Assembly: GCA_050575255.1 (NCBI GenBank)
Contig: JBNZDD010013635.1
Span: forward strand, 1,132,910 to 1,196,909
Length of the DNA stretch: 64,000 nt
Origin: Harriotta raleighana
Taxonomy: Eukaryota
Direction: 5' to 3'
In this document: piece after piece, positions 27,389 to 41,800 of the stretch
Position numbering within the stretch: position 1 is the first letter of the stretch
Layout of the letters: every line of letters begins with the position of its first letter
Position numbers and translations under genes: made by a program
The notes under the pieces: model-generated
The model's database searches: none
Told to the model about the DNA's origin: nothing
The model's input: the letters and a program-made list of their open reading frames with translations, nothing else

Positions 27389-27796
27389 TAATCAAGATCA
27401 AAAAAGGTTAACATTTAAATGAAAAATGTCAATTGAATGACTTTCTTCCTGTTATCTCTAATTGTACAGAAAGGCTTCAGTTTCAATCAAAAGCACTTTC
27501 TGCGATGATTTTGTCTACTCAGAAAGAGAATGTACTTCCATTAAAATCCTAACCTAGCAAAGGTACTTAAAACGATAATCCATGCATCTCTGAGAATCAA
27601 ACAAAAAAGATCAAAATAATTGTTTTTCTTTCAGACGCTTAAGACTGCTGAGCAAATTTACTTTCCTTACATAGGATTTAATATATTACTGCAATCTCCA
27701 TTTGTTTAAGTAAGGTTTGTGCTACTATCATGTGAATAATCAATACATCGACATGGGCTGTGTATTTTGTTGAGTGGTGAAAATGAATATAAACAT

Positions 27797-28000
27797 GGAG
27801 CTCCTGTAGCTCAGTGGTTAGAGCATTCGCCTTACAAGCGTGAGACCTGGGTTTCGAATCCAGGCATGTCAGGCCGCAATTGGCTGCCCGTTTTGCCCAC
27901 AAATATACAGTCAATTCGGAATACAGTACATTCTGTGAAGCGCTTTGAGACGTCCAGAAGATGTGAAGATGTGAAAAGCTCTATATGCAAGGATTATAAT
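27797..28000 (+). mobile_element. tRNA-derived SINE with large internal deletion
   Basis: Intact head joined directly to CGCAATTGGCTGCC of the Deu core, then the tail. Confidence 0.9.
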
Positions 28001-29507
28001 TTATAAAGCTATAAAGTTTGTTGATATTTTCCACACTTGCAGTAACCGTCAGCTGAGTGCCAGCAATTGCACTTTGCCTGGGGCGAAAATACTGTGTGAG
28101 CTTTATGGCATCCAAGCACCCAATGAAGACTTAATCATGTAACATTTGTGTTGTTAAATACTGTTTGGGTCCTATTGACTATGATAAGTGTGACAAAGTC
28201 TGCAAATCCAACTGTGGAACAAATTGTTTGGGTTTTTTTTAATCAATGGAGCAAAGCTATATGAGAGAATGCTGCAACCTTGGTAGAGTAAATAAAGGAA
28301 ATTACTGGCAATGAAATTTGTTTTGCAATAAAAATGTTAAAATCAACTGTTATTTGTTTGCTGTGAGTTGAAAGATAAAGTTAATATTTATGCATCATTT
28401 TTCTGTTATGCATTTTCCGTGCAATCATTTTTGCTTTCAACAGGAACAACAAAGGGTTTGATATTCCTTTACTGGTTAACATCGAAGAATTTAAAGGATG
28501 TTAAACCTTATACTGTATTATGATATGTCACACACATTTAAATAACTTGATAAGATCCCGTGATAAAATCCCTCAAAATCTTTTGCTAGGTTTAATCATA
28601 AAATAGAAGATATTTCTATCTAAGGTGAGATACAATATAATTTATTTACAGTTCAGAATCCAGTGGTCTTTAAATAATGGGCTGATTTTCCCTTTAGTGC
28701 AATCACTCAAACTCTGACATGGAAAAAGCCACAGTTATAATTGTTTGTGTTCTACTTCAGGTTCCCTTGATTGTGGATTGTCTGCGCTTAGCGGGCACCA
28801 ATGCTAAATGCAGTTTCTTTTTCTCTCCTTCCTCCCCCACTACCCCCCCCACCTCCCCCACTCCACCTCAATTGCAGTAATACCAGCACTGATAGACAAT
28901 AAGTTAAGCAATTCAAACAAATATATTTATGTGCTGAATTTTAAGTGATCAAAAAAATCAGTCAATAGCACAAACTTGCCAGGGACAGGAATCCTAGTAT
29001 AATTTCTTTGGACAATATTTCATTACCTTCTGCGCATTTGTTGCATGCACTTAAAGTCAAGTGACAGGAGCATTTTCGAGTAACAGGAACAAATGTTACA
29101 GCTATTTTATAGTTGTTCCAGGTTCTGTGGATTAGAGGTTGTATATATATTTATATATACTGCATATATTATCGATTCACAAACAACAGGGAATTAAATA
29201 ATTTCCTTCAGCCATCCATGGAGAACACTGGTCATTTGCATTATGTATTACACCATCAATCATATACCAGCTGATTACTCTGGTTCCTACAATAACTTAT
29301 TCTGATTTCATTAAACATCCACAGGAATATCGAAATGGACGAAAGTCTTCAAGTATAACCAATAACCGATATTGTGACTTGAAGCCTAGCTGGTGAGAAC
29401 TTTTAAATCCATAATCTTCTACCAATAAAATATAGATAAATACATTAATCACTGTACCCACAGAGTAACTGAGAGAAGCTTTTAGAATGTTGTGGATGAT
29501 ACAATGC

Positions 29508-29775
29508 AACAAAATATAAAATTACATTTCTAAAGGACCTTTCATTTTGGGAGGATTAGGACCCGAGCTGGAGGGAGGGGGTTGGGGGAAATGGGGTGGT
29601 ATGTGGGGCTATCGTTATCAGCGAGGTTCGAAGGCAGAGAGGGCAGGAAGGTGGCTGAAGGCATGGTTGAAGAGGAGAGTCTTGAGGCATGCCTCAAAGG
29701 ATGCAGCAAGGCAAAGAGAATGTGGAATGGAGTTGGGGGCAGAGAGGCCCGACAGCCGATGGTGGGGTGGAGGGT
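29508..29775 (-). mobile_element. L2 3' fragment
   Basis: Homologous to 68-368 and 63590-63950 (GGACCCGAGC, GAAGGCATGGTTGAAGAGGAGAGTCTTGAG). Confidence 0.8.
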
Positions 29776-31946
29776 TGAGGTCAGCTGAGCTTGTTCATCT
29801 AAACTAATCCTGTGACTGTTGTATGGGGACGTCATTGTTGTCTTCAGTAGAGATCTAATCAAATAGTATCTTAATTAAAAATATGTTCCACTGCCTCAAC
29901 TTCCTGAAATTTGCTTTGCCCACCTTCACTGAATACCATCCTCCATGCAGGGATCTGAAGCTCTCTGTTGATCCCTGGGAAAGAGGAATAAATCTATTGT
30001 TAGACTGCATGATACATCAATTGCATTTTTGCGCACACAGCTGATGTCTTAAGTTTTCTGTCAGCAACTGTCTACTTCTTTATTTGTGCAGTCAACTCTG
30101 TCTGACATGTGACAACTACTTCAGAATGAAGGGCATTGCAAGGAAAACAATAGTTTGCACATACATATTTTAAATAAATAGCCATACATTGCTGCAGAGT
30201 TTTGTATGAACACCTTTATGTACATATTGTCCCAAAACCAACTTGTGAGGATATGTATTTCCACTCATTCTTTCTATAATTTATCATGTAAAATACAAAA
30301 GCTACTGGCCACATATTCTTCAAGAAACATCATGTTCTGGCACAATGCCATGCATTCCCTTTATAGCCAACATGAATTAATAATGGTCTGAACAACTCGG
30401 TTTTCTTTCCACATAGTCAGTGAACTGAAGCTGTTTCTTAAAAGACAAGGTTGTCACTGTTACCCATTGGAACACCTCACAGGCAATTGCTGTCGAGCTT
30501 ATCGGCAGCCCTGAAACAAGCAAAATAGATGAGCTGAGGTCAAACAGATACTGTAATTCAGAGGTAAATTTGTTAGAAATACATTCATTTTATCTCCAAC
30601 TGTGTCCTCAGCAACGTGAGATGACGTGAGTGAGTGTATGGAAGGACATGCAACATTCTCTTACTCACAATAACTTCTATTCCCATAATGGCTGGGCCAA
30701 GCCTAATTTTCTTTGGCAAACAGCACATGGCTTGACTAACTTAAGTTGCTGAATTCCTGATATTAGTTTCGCTGTTGCAGCAAGTTACCAAGCAGGGATC
30801 AGGCACCGACCTAATACTTTCCTGAACTAGGTAAGCAGGCTGCATACCTCCAGGGAAATTTCTACACATATGTGGCAATACATATGTGGAGCTCTCATTG
30901 AATACCTTTGAGCACAGTGATAGCTTTGAGCATGGGTCAGACTCCTGACTCAACACAAAAAAAGCACAAGCACCAATCTACAGTGTGTACATATCTGTAG
31001 GAGCATCAATACTGGAACAAAACTGGGAGAAAGTCAGTTACTCAGCATGCAGGATACAGAATGTATGCCCTGGCAGCAACAGGGAAGGAAGAAAGTATAA
31101 TAGGAAAAAATTTTTTTATAATCTTCCTTTCAAAATAAAATTCACAATCTGTGCTTGACCATCGCCCCATTCCCCCATCCCCCACCCACCCGCAAAGTAC
31201 GCAATCAATTCCAGGAGTCAGAAAATAGAACAGCTTCCTGGATGAGAGAGTCTTCAATTCGTGGTCGTTAAAGCAAGCAATCGACCTGACCTGATTACCC
31301 GTTGCAACCAAACTCAAACTTGGTGTCCTTCTCTCCCATTTTCTCTCCATTCTATCAGCCCAGAGTATTCACTGCTCAAGTGATTTTAATAACAAACAAA
31401 GCATTTTATTTAAATTTCCCGGCTGCCTTGGATTGTATCAATGACAAAGGACATTGTGTCTTGAATTCTTTCAATTGATTGATTCCTCGTCCCCCACCCA
31501 ACACCAATTGTTTTGCACTGATCCTTCAGTTACTCAGATATCACGACAGAAATCTATTCACTGGCTGCCATTCACCCATCATGTCCTTCTTCATTAAGAT
31601 CAGCACACAGAGACAATTGACTGATTGATTTTGCCTTCATGCTGTGATTGGCAAATAGATCATTGAATGCTTCTTCTGATTTTAGTGTGCTGCGGAATGT
31701 GGATTTGTCTTTCTTTTGTCAGATCATCTTCGGTCGCCATCAGCATCACCTATTGATTTAGTCTGGATGAGACCATACGATGCCTAGCCACAAAACACTT
31801 AAGAGAGGCACACTTTTATCTAATCAGTAATGTCTTTCACAATATTTTACAAAATGTAGCAATTATAACTTGTGTGCATGCGCATGAATAATTTTAACTC
31901 CTTGTCGGCCAGAAGAACAGGTTTGTCCGGGAAACCATAAATGAAT

Positions 31947-32077
31947 CGCCCACAAACATACAGTCAATTCATTTTACAGTATATCCTGTGAAACGCTTTG
32001 AGACATTGATAAGATGTGAAAAGCGCTAAATCAAATGCAAGGATTATCATTATTATTGTTATTATTATTATTATTAT
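31947..32077 (+). mobile_element. SINE 3' half
   Basis: CGCCCACAAACATACAGTCAATTCA...AAATGCAAGG(ATT)n. Confidence 0.85.
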
Positions 32078-34249
32078 CACATTGACCCATAGGAACTCCG
32101 CTCCAATAGGATTTATTTCTGGAGCTGCAGTTTGATGGGGTTCTTCAATATGGAATTGCATTAAGAATAACTTGTATTAGATTGTATTGCTCTGGTATGA
32201 TTTTATACCTGTGGATCACTAGGTCAATGCTTTCTCATTAAATATGTATATAGATGGATGCTACAGCTATAGTCAGGCTTTGCCACATACTACATACCAC
32301 ATACAGTAAACATGCATAAGAGGTGATATTGAGACATACACAAGCAACGCAGTTCAGGGAGCAAGAGAATTGACAGCTTTTACCCAATATGTGCTGTAGA
32401 TCAGGCTAGTAATGTAACACCATCCAGGGCATTGAGTGAATAAGAGCAGCTGGAAATGAAAATCGTAGGAGATTTTATTCAGTTTATATCATCGTTATGT
32501 AAACTGAGGGCATTCTCTAGCACTGGGTGGGGTCTAAGTATGTACATCCAAAGTGAACTTTGTTACATAACCTTCTTGTTCCATCAAAAAGTTTCAGTTA
32601 ATGCGTATCGTTTTTTTTACCCCCTAGTGATTAAAACAACTCCTGGGGTCGTAAATTATTTTGAGTCGACCAGGAAAAAAAGTCTAATTCTCTCAATTCT
32701 TGTATTCCACAGAGAGCAGCAGAAAGTAAGTTTAGGTTCTAGATCTAAAACCGATAATATTTATAGCGAGGTGCAGAAAAAGGTTGTGGCAGGATTCATT
32801 TTTGAAAAATATTTTGTTGCACAAGATAAAGTGGTGGTGAATAGTAATGAATAATAGATGCTGAATATCTATTATGGAGATGTTACAGGCTGTTCATGAA
32901 TCTGAAGCACAGAGTCTGTAAATAGACTGACATCCCAGTTGGAAATGCGTTTTATTGTCTGTCTATCAGAAGAGCAGTTCTTTAAACAGGATTTTTTTGA
33001 CTGGTTCTCAGTTTGCTTCTATTGATCTTAGAATAAGATGCAATGGTTTCATAACTGCAATAGCTTGGCTATCATTTATTCATAATTTCTTCACTTAAAC
33101 TGCTGGATGAGATATTTGAAAGATGGTAAAGCGGAGGCTTAGACTCTTACAATGTGGTGTTTTTTGTCACCACGAAGAACAATATTAATTGTCTAGTCAA
33201 GTCATACGCAAACATTTCAACTATTTCTTTCTGACAGCCCTCTAACATAGTTAATCTTTATCTTTTATTCATATTAAATTAAGTCAACCATAATAGAAAC
33301 TGTGCACATTCATCAGGGAAGAGATAAAGACTTCTATATCAGAGGTATCTCTTAATTGTTTTCTTATAGCCAGCAAGTTATCTTTGTTTGGACAGTTTAA
33401 ATCAGAATATGGCTTCTTTAATCATTGGAGCATTTATCTGGTCAGTTCTTCCAGATGCTCCTGCATAAAACCTGCAATCATATTCTGTGTTAACATTTGA
33501 CTCAGATAATATAAAGTAAAACATTTGAAACAGGATAATTATTCCTTCAGAGAAGAATAACAGGGCTCTGACTGTGAACTGGTGCTTGTGATGCATACCA
33601 GGGATCATGTCATAAATGGTTACTGCCATTTATTATCTAAAATCAATTCTCTTAAAAGGAAAACAAAAATGCTTTTTGTACCTGACCTCCTCATCAGACC
33701 CCCTAACTTTTACAAAGCATTCGCTCAGTTTCCTACACTGCTCCTTTTAGTCAGTGTTCAAAAGAGTCGGCCGATGAAGCTCCAAAACCTTCCTAGCCAA
33801 GTCTTAATTTAATATCAACTCTTTGCGTGACACCTCTACTGAGGTATTCTGTTTGGCCATTCAATAAGTCAGTTCCCTGAAGAGCCTGTGCTTATTCTAC
33901 ACTTGTTTTCGCTTTGGCAAAGCCTTGCGCCTACTGTGCTTTGCAACACAAGCTTGACCTCCATTGTGCTTGTTGTTTTCAAGTCACGCTGACAAGATCT
34001 TTCTGTAAATTAATCTTCCCGACTTGCCAACATGATGCACATGGACTTCACAAGAGACATTTACATACTTACTGTATGCTTTCTATACATTGAACCAAAA
34101 TATCCTTTCATGACTTGCACAAAGGCTTTTCCAACCTGCCTAACTTGAAAGCATTGGTCAGAGCTCAATATTTCCACACAGCACAGCTCAACTCAGAGGC
34201 TGTGCTTTTCTTCTTACTATACATCTTATTATATTCAGTGAAGCATGAT

Positions 34250-35800
34250 TGTGTGCAGTTAAGCTGCAGTCCAATTATTTAAAGGACCTGAATTTCTCCA
34301 GATTAGTTTGTGCTAAATTGGTTTCTGGACAAAGTGTCACTTACATAAGGCATGGATTTAGTCTGATCTCCATGCAGAGGATCTTGCTGACTTGAGGTAC
34401 TACAGTCAATAGTTACTAACATTCTTCTTCTGTTGCAAACACGATTTCATCAGCAAATCTCAAGTTTGTCAGCAGCCGACTATTGATGTTAATCCCACTT
34501 AGGTACTCGGCCGTTGCATTGCACATAATGCATTTTAGGAACAAATTGAAAAGATTGTCTGATAGGAGACAACCCTGTCACACAACAACTGATGTTCTGA
34601 ACCAATCTGTTAGTGCACCATTGATCTTGACTGCACTCTCTGCTCAATTATTGATAGTCTGGATGATGTTGATAAGCTTCACTGGAGCATTAAACAGTGC
34701 TGAAAGATATTAAAGAGACTTTTCTCCCAGAGTTAGTCAAATTCTGATAGAGTTCATGTAAATCAAAAAACATGATATTATTTGTCACAAATTTGTCAGT
34801 TATCAACCATAACCATAACGGGAACATCGTTTCAACAGTGCTACAACTGATATGAAACCATGTACAGTAGTTATCGTACTCGTGAATCCATTCATCGGCT
34901 AAATTGATTGCAAATCTAATAGAATTTCTTCCTTCCTTAAATTCTTTATAATTGTCCTGCATTCCTTTTGTTTCACAGGGACGACAGATGTAACAATCTT
35001 AGTTCATGCTGCAGGAAAATGTTGGATTTATAGTATGCATCACGTTACCAGGTGTTTCAGCTCGTATATCTTCTGAACTCACCACTGAGGTAATCTGCAC
35101 CTAGTCTGTTATAGAATTTGAGCTTCACAATCGCTGGTTTCATTTCATCTTTAATGATGTCTGGTTTTGTGGTCGCAGTCTGGTTGTTCCATAAATCATT
35201 GAGGGCAGATTTACACCTCCAGTTCATGGTTACAAAGCTCCTTACATACTCTAGCCAGACAGTCAGCAAGTATGACTTAAGTGGCAAGTTGTTTGTCATT
35301 CTTGCTGTTTGCAGTTGCCATTCACTTGGGTGGGGCGGTGTGTCATACAGATTGCTGGCGTTGCATTACAAAGATTCAAATGTATTGATGTCGGTTGTGT
35401 CTTTGCAAACTGATAGACTTGCTAACCTTGCTGGAATTGATCCACCAGTTTCTTATAGGCACAGTATTAATTAAGGCTCTATCTTTCGAAGCTCCATGCA
35501 ACTTTTCGGTTTCTTTTAAACTCAAATATTAAAAACATTGCGGTAAATGTGAGTAAAGGTCATTAGGTTCATTTTGAATATTACTTTGTGCCTTTATCAC
35601 CCTATTTAGTAGATTGTACTCTTTCCATCAGGCACTTTTCATATATCAGTTCTAAAGTTCCTTTCTACTAAATGTTATTTGTGTCCTTTGTTCCTAATTT
35701 CTGTAGCAATGCCAAGTTGCTATTATTCACTTGTATCACAATACCACAGCACACTATCTTGCAATCTATGGTCTGATCTGACATGATCAATGCAAAGTGC
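34250..35800 (-). mobile_element. Highly decayed RTE-clade LINE (endonuclease end plus reverse transcriptase)
   Basis: Minus-strand motifs occur in the correct order: SDHRL (about 35770), PDIIKDEMKPAIVKLK..GAD (about 35150), FKEGRNS (about 34930), SAVKINGALTDWFRTSVVV*QGCLLS (about 34600), GININSRLLTNLRFADEIV (about 34460). Stops and frameshifts throughout. Confidence 0.8.
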
Positions 35801-35857
35801 ATCATTGGACTGCCAATTGGTTTTGTCATTGAGTAACTTTAACATCTCCAGCAACTT

Positions 35858-35998
35858 CATAGAATCTTTGAATTATACCACACAGAAGGAGGCCATTCAG
35901 CCCATCGTGTCTGAGCTGGCTCTTTGAAAAGAGCTATCCAAATCCATCTCACTCCCCTGTTCTCTCCCCATAGCCCTGCAAGCTTGTCCTCCCCAACT
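35858..35998 (-). mobile_element. CR1 3' end
   Basis: CATAGAAT terminus and AGGAGGCCATTCAGCCCATCG; homologous to 3091-3231. Confidence 0.85.
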
Positions 35999-36034
35999 TA
36001 GTTGGTTTTGAAAACTTAGTTGGTTTTGAAAACT
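35995..36034. repeat. 18-bp perfect tandem duplication
   Basis: AACTTAGTTGGTTTTGAA x2 followed by AACT. Confidence 0.85.
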
Positions 36035-36056
36035 GGCTTCAAATACTAGTTGATAA

Positions 36057-36170
36057 GAATAATATTAATCCTTGCATTTGATACAGTACCTTATCACATC
36101 ATTGAAGCATCTGAAAGAACTTCACAGGACTTACTGTAAAATGAATTGAGTGCATATTTTGTGGGCGAAA
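36057..36170 (-). mobile_element. SINE 3' fragment
   Basis: AATCCTTGCATTTGATA...TACTGTAAAATGAATTGA...TGTGGGCGAAA. Confidence 0.75.
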
Positions 36171-38599
36171 TGAGAATGATGATAGACTCAGCCCTCTACA
36201 CACTAGACCCAGACACTAGGCCTCAAAACCTGATCTGCTGTCAAATTCCAAAAATACAATACTTTACTTCAGAGAGCTCAATGCTTTCATTTGGTGCAGA
36301 AAGTCAATGAAGATTTCACTTATTGTGAATCAGTTCTTGCCAATTACAAAACATTGTTCAAGAAGAATGACTAGATTTAACATAACTTGTTTATCCTCAA
36401 ATTCTTCAATGTTCCCTGTTGTTGATTAATTATTATATTTGCTCGAAACATGGAAATATGGGGACTATATTTTAAAAGCTATGAAACAAATTCAGGGCTA
36501 AAATGGTTAATATGGATGGAGTGCATATAGCAGAAAGCAATATCCTGCTTTAAAATAGACAGAATCCAAATATTTGACAATTAAGTGGTCATTTCTGGGC
36601 CCTGTTCGACACTGGGATAAAATTCTGATGGAGCCTAATGTTATTGCCGTACAATTTAATGGCATTATTCTGAAACTAGTGGTTGCAGGTCAAAGGGTTG
36701 GGCCTGAAAGCAAGTTGGCTGGTACCAAATCTGTCTAGATATTTGTACAATACACCCATGGAGCCAATAATCAATTGTAACATGTTGTTTAACATCTAGA
36801 CTTTCTCAGTGAGAAAACGGGAGGACAGGGTGATGGAAGTGACTGGAGGTATAATTGGAACAATTAGTTTTTCAGGTTGCAGACAGGCTGTCTCTCTTCT
36901 TCTCCCTCTCTCTATTTTTTCCAGACTATCGAATGTTCAGTGAAAAAATATATAATCTTCATTAATGGAAGGGAAGGCACTGTAATTACACACTGAATTG
37001 ATCTGTTTTCTTCAACAACATTTTCAATGACCCAATTATATACACCGACTGGGATAATGGAATAATCGGAAGGATTTCAAAATATAAAGTAGTACTGTAT
37101 TAGTTGTATCACTGGATTAAAACAAAAGCTTCAGATGTGAAGTGGCATCTGAATTCAGTCAAGGAAAGAAAAGGAAATGTATACTTTTTCTCTCTCATCA
37201 CCTTTCAAGGATAACAATAGATCCAAGTTGCTGTTGATTTCACTAACAGTGCATCGGGTTTACAACAGGACCCAGAGTGATTCTGGTTGGTTTACGCCAA
37301 TCAATCTAATCCAATCTCAGAAGCGTGAAGGACAAATGCAAGTGCAGTGATCTGTAGAGTAAATCATCATTTTTGAAACCTGAAAAAAGACAGATTAGGA
37401 CAGACTGAAAACGTCAGATACTGTTGTAATTCCTGTAAAATAAAGCTGAAGGACATGAGGTGCAGACTGCACCATTATAATAAAAGGGTGTGGAAATGAA
37501 CAGAGCCCCTTTACTCTGTAAAAGTAATTGATCATTGATTCACTTCCACATAAATTATTCTTATTCGCTTCTGAGACGCACTCCATAATTCAGGCCCAGC
37601 ATTCGACTACATATGACTGTCAAGAGAATGGATGGTGTGGTACAGTGGGCAAACTTGAAGTTAAATTCTGCCCAGACAGGGGGGAATGAAATGTTAGCTG
37701 CAAGAGTTGGCGCACGAGTTTTGGAACTTTTAATCCAGCTCCTGAGAGCACAAACCCGCAGTATAAAACTGTCCACTAATTAAGATTGATTCGGTAACAT
37801 CAATGCATGATTTCTGGTGTAGGAAATGGAAACGTCACATGAGTCATTCGTCATCAGCAGGACTGCATCTGAACTTAAAAGTGACTCAATCTGGTTTAAC
37901 TATGATTATGATTAACATAGAGATGGTGTCTCTCATACTCAAAACTGTTCAGTGCTCCAGTCAATTCACATGGTGAGCACTGTGGACAATTCTAACAGTT
38001 ACAATATAAGTAGGCCACTCAAACTCTAAACTTCTAATGCAGCACTAACATCCAAGACAATTATTTCATTAAAGAGACATAGTACAGTAATTCGATTACT
38101 TTCCGTTTACAAGCTTCTCCTGCTTGAATTTCAAATCATTTAAATACATTTAAAACACTTCCTCCAACGGAGTTTCATTACTTTCTTAAAGAGATGACTA
38201 TGGATTTTTCAGATCAGCTTCTCAAGGTTGTGTTGTAAAATACATTGGTACAGAGAACAGTTGAACTGCAACAAACAAGAAAACACGAAATCTAGCAGTT
38301 ATACAATTTTATAATGACATCCAATAAATGTCCCTGACTGGAGATAGACAGGTGTACCCATTTTCAATCTCCATGAAAAATTGTTCAAATTGCATATTTT
38401 GAAATGGCACTGACCTGAACACCCACTAAAAGAAGGCATTTTAATGCAGGTTTCACTGTCCTTCTGCTAAACTGACTGAACAGAGATGGCCTCCAGAATT
38501 ACATGACCTGTAATCGCAACATGACTAATGACTACCTACAGAAATTCCATTAGTATAATAGATTTATAGGGAACTAAAATGCCCATACCATGGTGTTTT

Positions 38600-38850
38600 C
38601 AATGTTAGGAACATGTGGCAAAGCAGTTGAAACCAAACTAAATGCTGGGATTTGTAGCCAGAACACTAGAGTACAAGTCTCTGGAGGTTATGCAGAGGCT
38701 GTGCAACACACAACAGTATGAAGATCAGTTCTGGTCACTAGATAACAGCATTGGAAAATGCAGAGAAATCCAAGACTGATTCGTGGAATTAAAGGGGTTC
38801 AGCTGCAAGGAAAGACTTGAGGAGCAAGCTAGGCAATATTCTCCACTTAT
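38600..38850 (+). mobile_element. Old CR1 ORF2 C-terminal remnant
   Basis: LEYKSLEVMQRL, QFWS and RLIRGIKGFSCKERL-like segments resemble the CR1 ORF2 3' region. Confidence 0.65.
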
Positions 38851-41800
38851 GGATAAATGACTAACTTTTGGCAGCAAGTGTATATTATTCTCTAGTTATT
38901 CATCAATTTAATGTCCTTTACCATTGTGAATTTAACAGGAAACTGCATTTTAATCCTTAAATATTCTTGCTGTTCAGCTTTGCCAATAACTTTTTTTTGC
39001 ACGACAGATGGACTTACAAGATCCAGCTGCAAGCAACTGAAACATGGACAGATGCCTTTGAGTATTTTTTTTACTGTGAGTGCCAAAGGGCAAGTCAAAG
39101 ATATCTCGAAGCTACTGCTTGGCTGAATAACCTGAGATAATCCAAGATCAGCAAGTGATGATTAACTTGGAATTTGAAAGAAGAGTTGCAGGTGAAAGAC
39201 AGCACAACAATTGTCCAACTAAGTAAAACAGCGTGTAAAACTCCCATGTTAGCATTTCAAGGAGACAGCATTCACTTTTGATTACATTTCCCCATCTAAA
39301 GCATGAAACCAACATACACAATATGTCAATGTTATCGGTTCATCATCCCATGTCTGGACATTCGACAACACTAAAACCCAAAGATTTGTGAAATTCAGTT
39401 TAGAAATTGTAACCTACTTGAGGTTATAGTGGTACAAGTCAAGAAGCAGTGTGTTGAAACAAGACAGTGGAATTGTAAACAGCCTAGTATACAGCAATAA
39501 ACAGTACAAATACCTGTCCCATGTAAGTACCGTTAGGTGACTAGACAGCACTGCAGGACTTGTTTTCAATCAACTTTTGAAAGAGTGAATTGACAATCTG
39601 GAGTTTCAAACGAACACCAAAGGCCAGTCAGTTCTCTGGCTGGAACCAAAATAAATCATGTGAAACTTTCTGAGCGAGTACAAACAAGTGTTTTACCAAT
39701 GGCCAATCATAACCGTTTCCCCATTTCATCAGTGAGGCAACACATTTCTTATTTCCGGGCCTAAAAGCACAGAAGTGGAGACAGTAAATATATAGGAACA
39801 GATTGTAATCAGCATGCCATCTTCATCTTGTGCTAGATAGCTCACTCCATTTCAACAGTTACCTTGAAATTGGTATTTAACATACTCCCGCAGGAACAGC
39901 TGTTTGAATTGCCCACTATTTGTGATTTATCTTTCCGGAGTCGCATAATATTTGCACCCCATGAAAGATTAACATAGAACATCCCTTTGGTAAAAAGTCA
40001 GTAATTTATTACAAATTAGCTTGGCTGACTCGTATTTGCTCACAGCAATCAGCAGCACACTTATGTAAGCCATTCGATTCAATCATTTTTTTGTTTGACT
40101 CAAGCCTTTTCTCTGCAAAACTGAGCAACAATTTCCAGCACAAAGCTGCACACAAGCTACACAGTTGAATTACAAGGCAGCTGGGTCATAACATGCAGAA
40201 TCTAATCCCCCTGCAATACAATTCGGCTATTACTGAAACTATTAAATTCAAATTATGCACAGGGCTATTGATCACTCTGCTGAATGATGCAGTATTACCA
40301 TTTTCTGCTCATAAGAATTCCTCTCGAGTAGAATCTTACATTCAACTTTACTCTCTCACACTCAGAACTCATGTGAAACATGACCTACATTACCTTTTAG
40401 TTCAATTTAAACAGGTGATGTAGATCTAGAATCAGTAAATTAAATCTCATCAGTACAAAGTCGGAGAGACTGGCAAATTTGTATTTTTAATTCTTTTAAG
40501 AATTACAATGATCTAAAGACATACAAGAAAGACACCCAGCACCAGGAAAATATGCTACTACAATGACAGGATTAGAATAACAATTAATAAACAAATACAT
40601 ACAACGGCTGCCCAACTCAATTAAAATAATTGTTCCTTAACAACACAAAAAATAATCCCTCTCCAGCACTAGACATAACAATGAAGCTGACACCAAAATA
40701 TGCTGGATGCTCATTTGAATTACTCCATTAATATTCATTCAGGTATAAAACAAGGACAATCGTTCCAACTAATAAAATGAGTGGTTTCCAAGCCGCAAAG
40801 CACATGAGTAATACATATTTGGAGGAAAAATTAGATTCAGCTTGAACAACACCTTCTGTGATGCCGGCCTTCAATTGGATGTATACCAATATAGTATATA
40901 GTTGCGCACAGCACTGAACAGAATTTTTGGCCATATGCTGGAATCAGAATGCAGTGAAACTAAGTTACTGTTATTCAGTTTCATTTTCTATTGTTGTTCT
41001 TCATTAACTTTTCTTGCTATTGCTTTGGCTAGATGTCAATAAAATATCATTACATTGATCTGAGGCATAAAATAATTTCAAACGTTCTACTACATTTATC
41101 GAACCATTTGCAGAAAATTGTATTACTTAAACATACACAGTGGGGAACCCAGAAGATGTGTCAGAGCAAGTAATAGTGCATGAATAAACTCTGAGTTAAC
41201 ATGGCTGAATGGATAACCACTGTCATTGGCAGCTTCATGGGGGAGTGTGAGGGGAGGGGACACACAGATTTTTTGTACATCTCATTCTGGCTTTGCTGTA
41301 CCATTGCTTCTTTCTTTCTCATTCTTATTGCAATGTAATTGAAGGATACCTGAGACAGATAACCAGGGGCACAAATTTATATTCCATGATCTGAGAAGCT
41401 GTAAATGGAGCTACATTAACCCACATTCGTAAATAACTAAGGGCTATTGATGATATAGACACTCCAGGATTGTGGTGAGAGAGGAACTCCCAACATTTAC
41501 ATATGTTTCATTATCGGATCTGGCATCCACTCTTATGAAGGGAATGCTTCCCACATCCGAGATAGGAGTCCAGATCAAGAGGAAGTGAACCACTATCTTG
41601 CCACAGCCCAAGTGAGATCATTGGTGCTCGAATGAAATGTGTCAATGCACTGGTATTTGTGGCAAGTAACAATTAGGCTGGAAATATTGTTTGCACTGAA
41701 TTAGCTGTGTTCATATCCCCAAGTTAAGAAAATGTTTCCATTCTATAAATATATAAGTGGTCTGAGATACCAAGATACTCGTCTTGAATACTTGATATTT

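Noticed and set aside
27797-27870. Possible tRNA gene (also at 24991, 8467, 4283)
   Set aside because: No acceptor stem pairing, and each continues into a SINE body and tail; these are SINE heads.
32456-32854. 132-aa ORF and the other 60-120 aa ORFs in unique DNA
   Set aside because: No recognisable domains, composition typical of random AT-rich translation, and no exon context.
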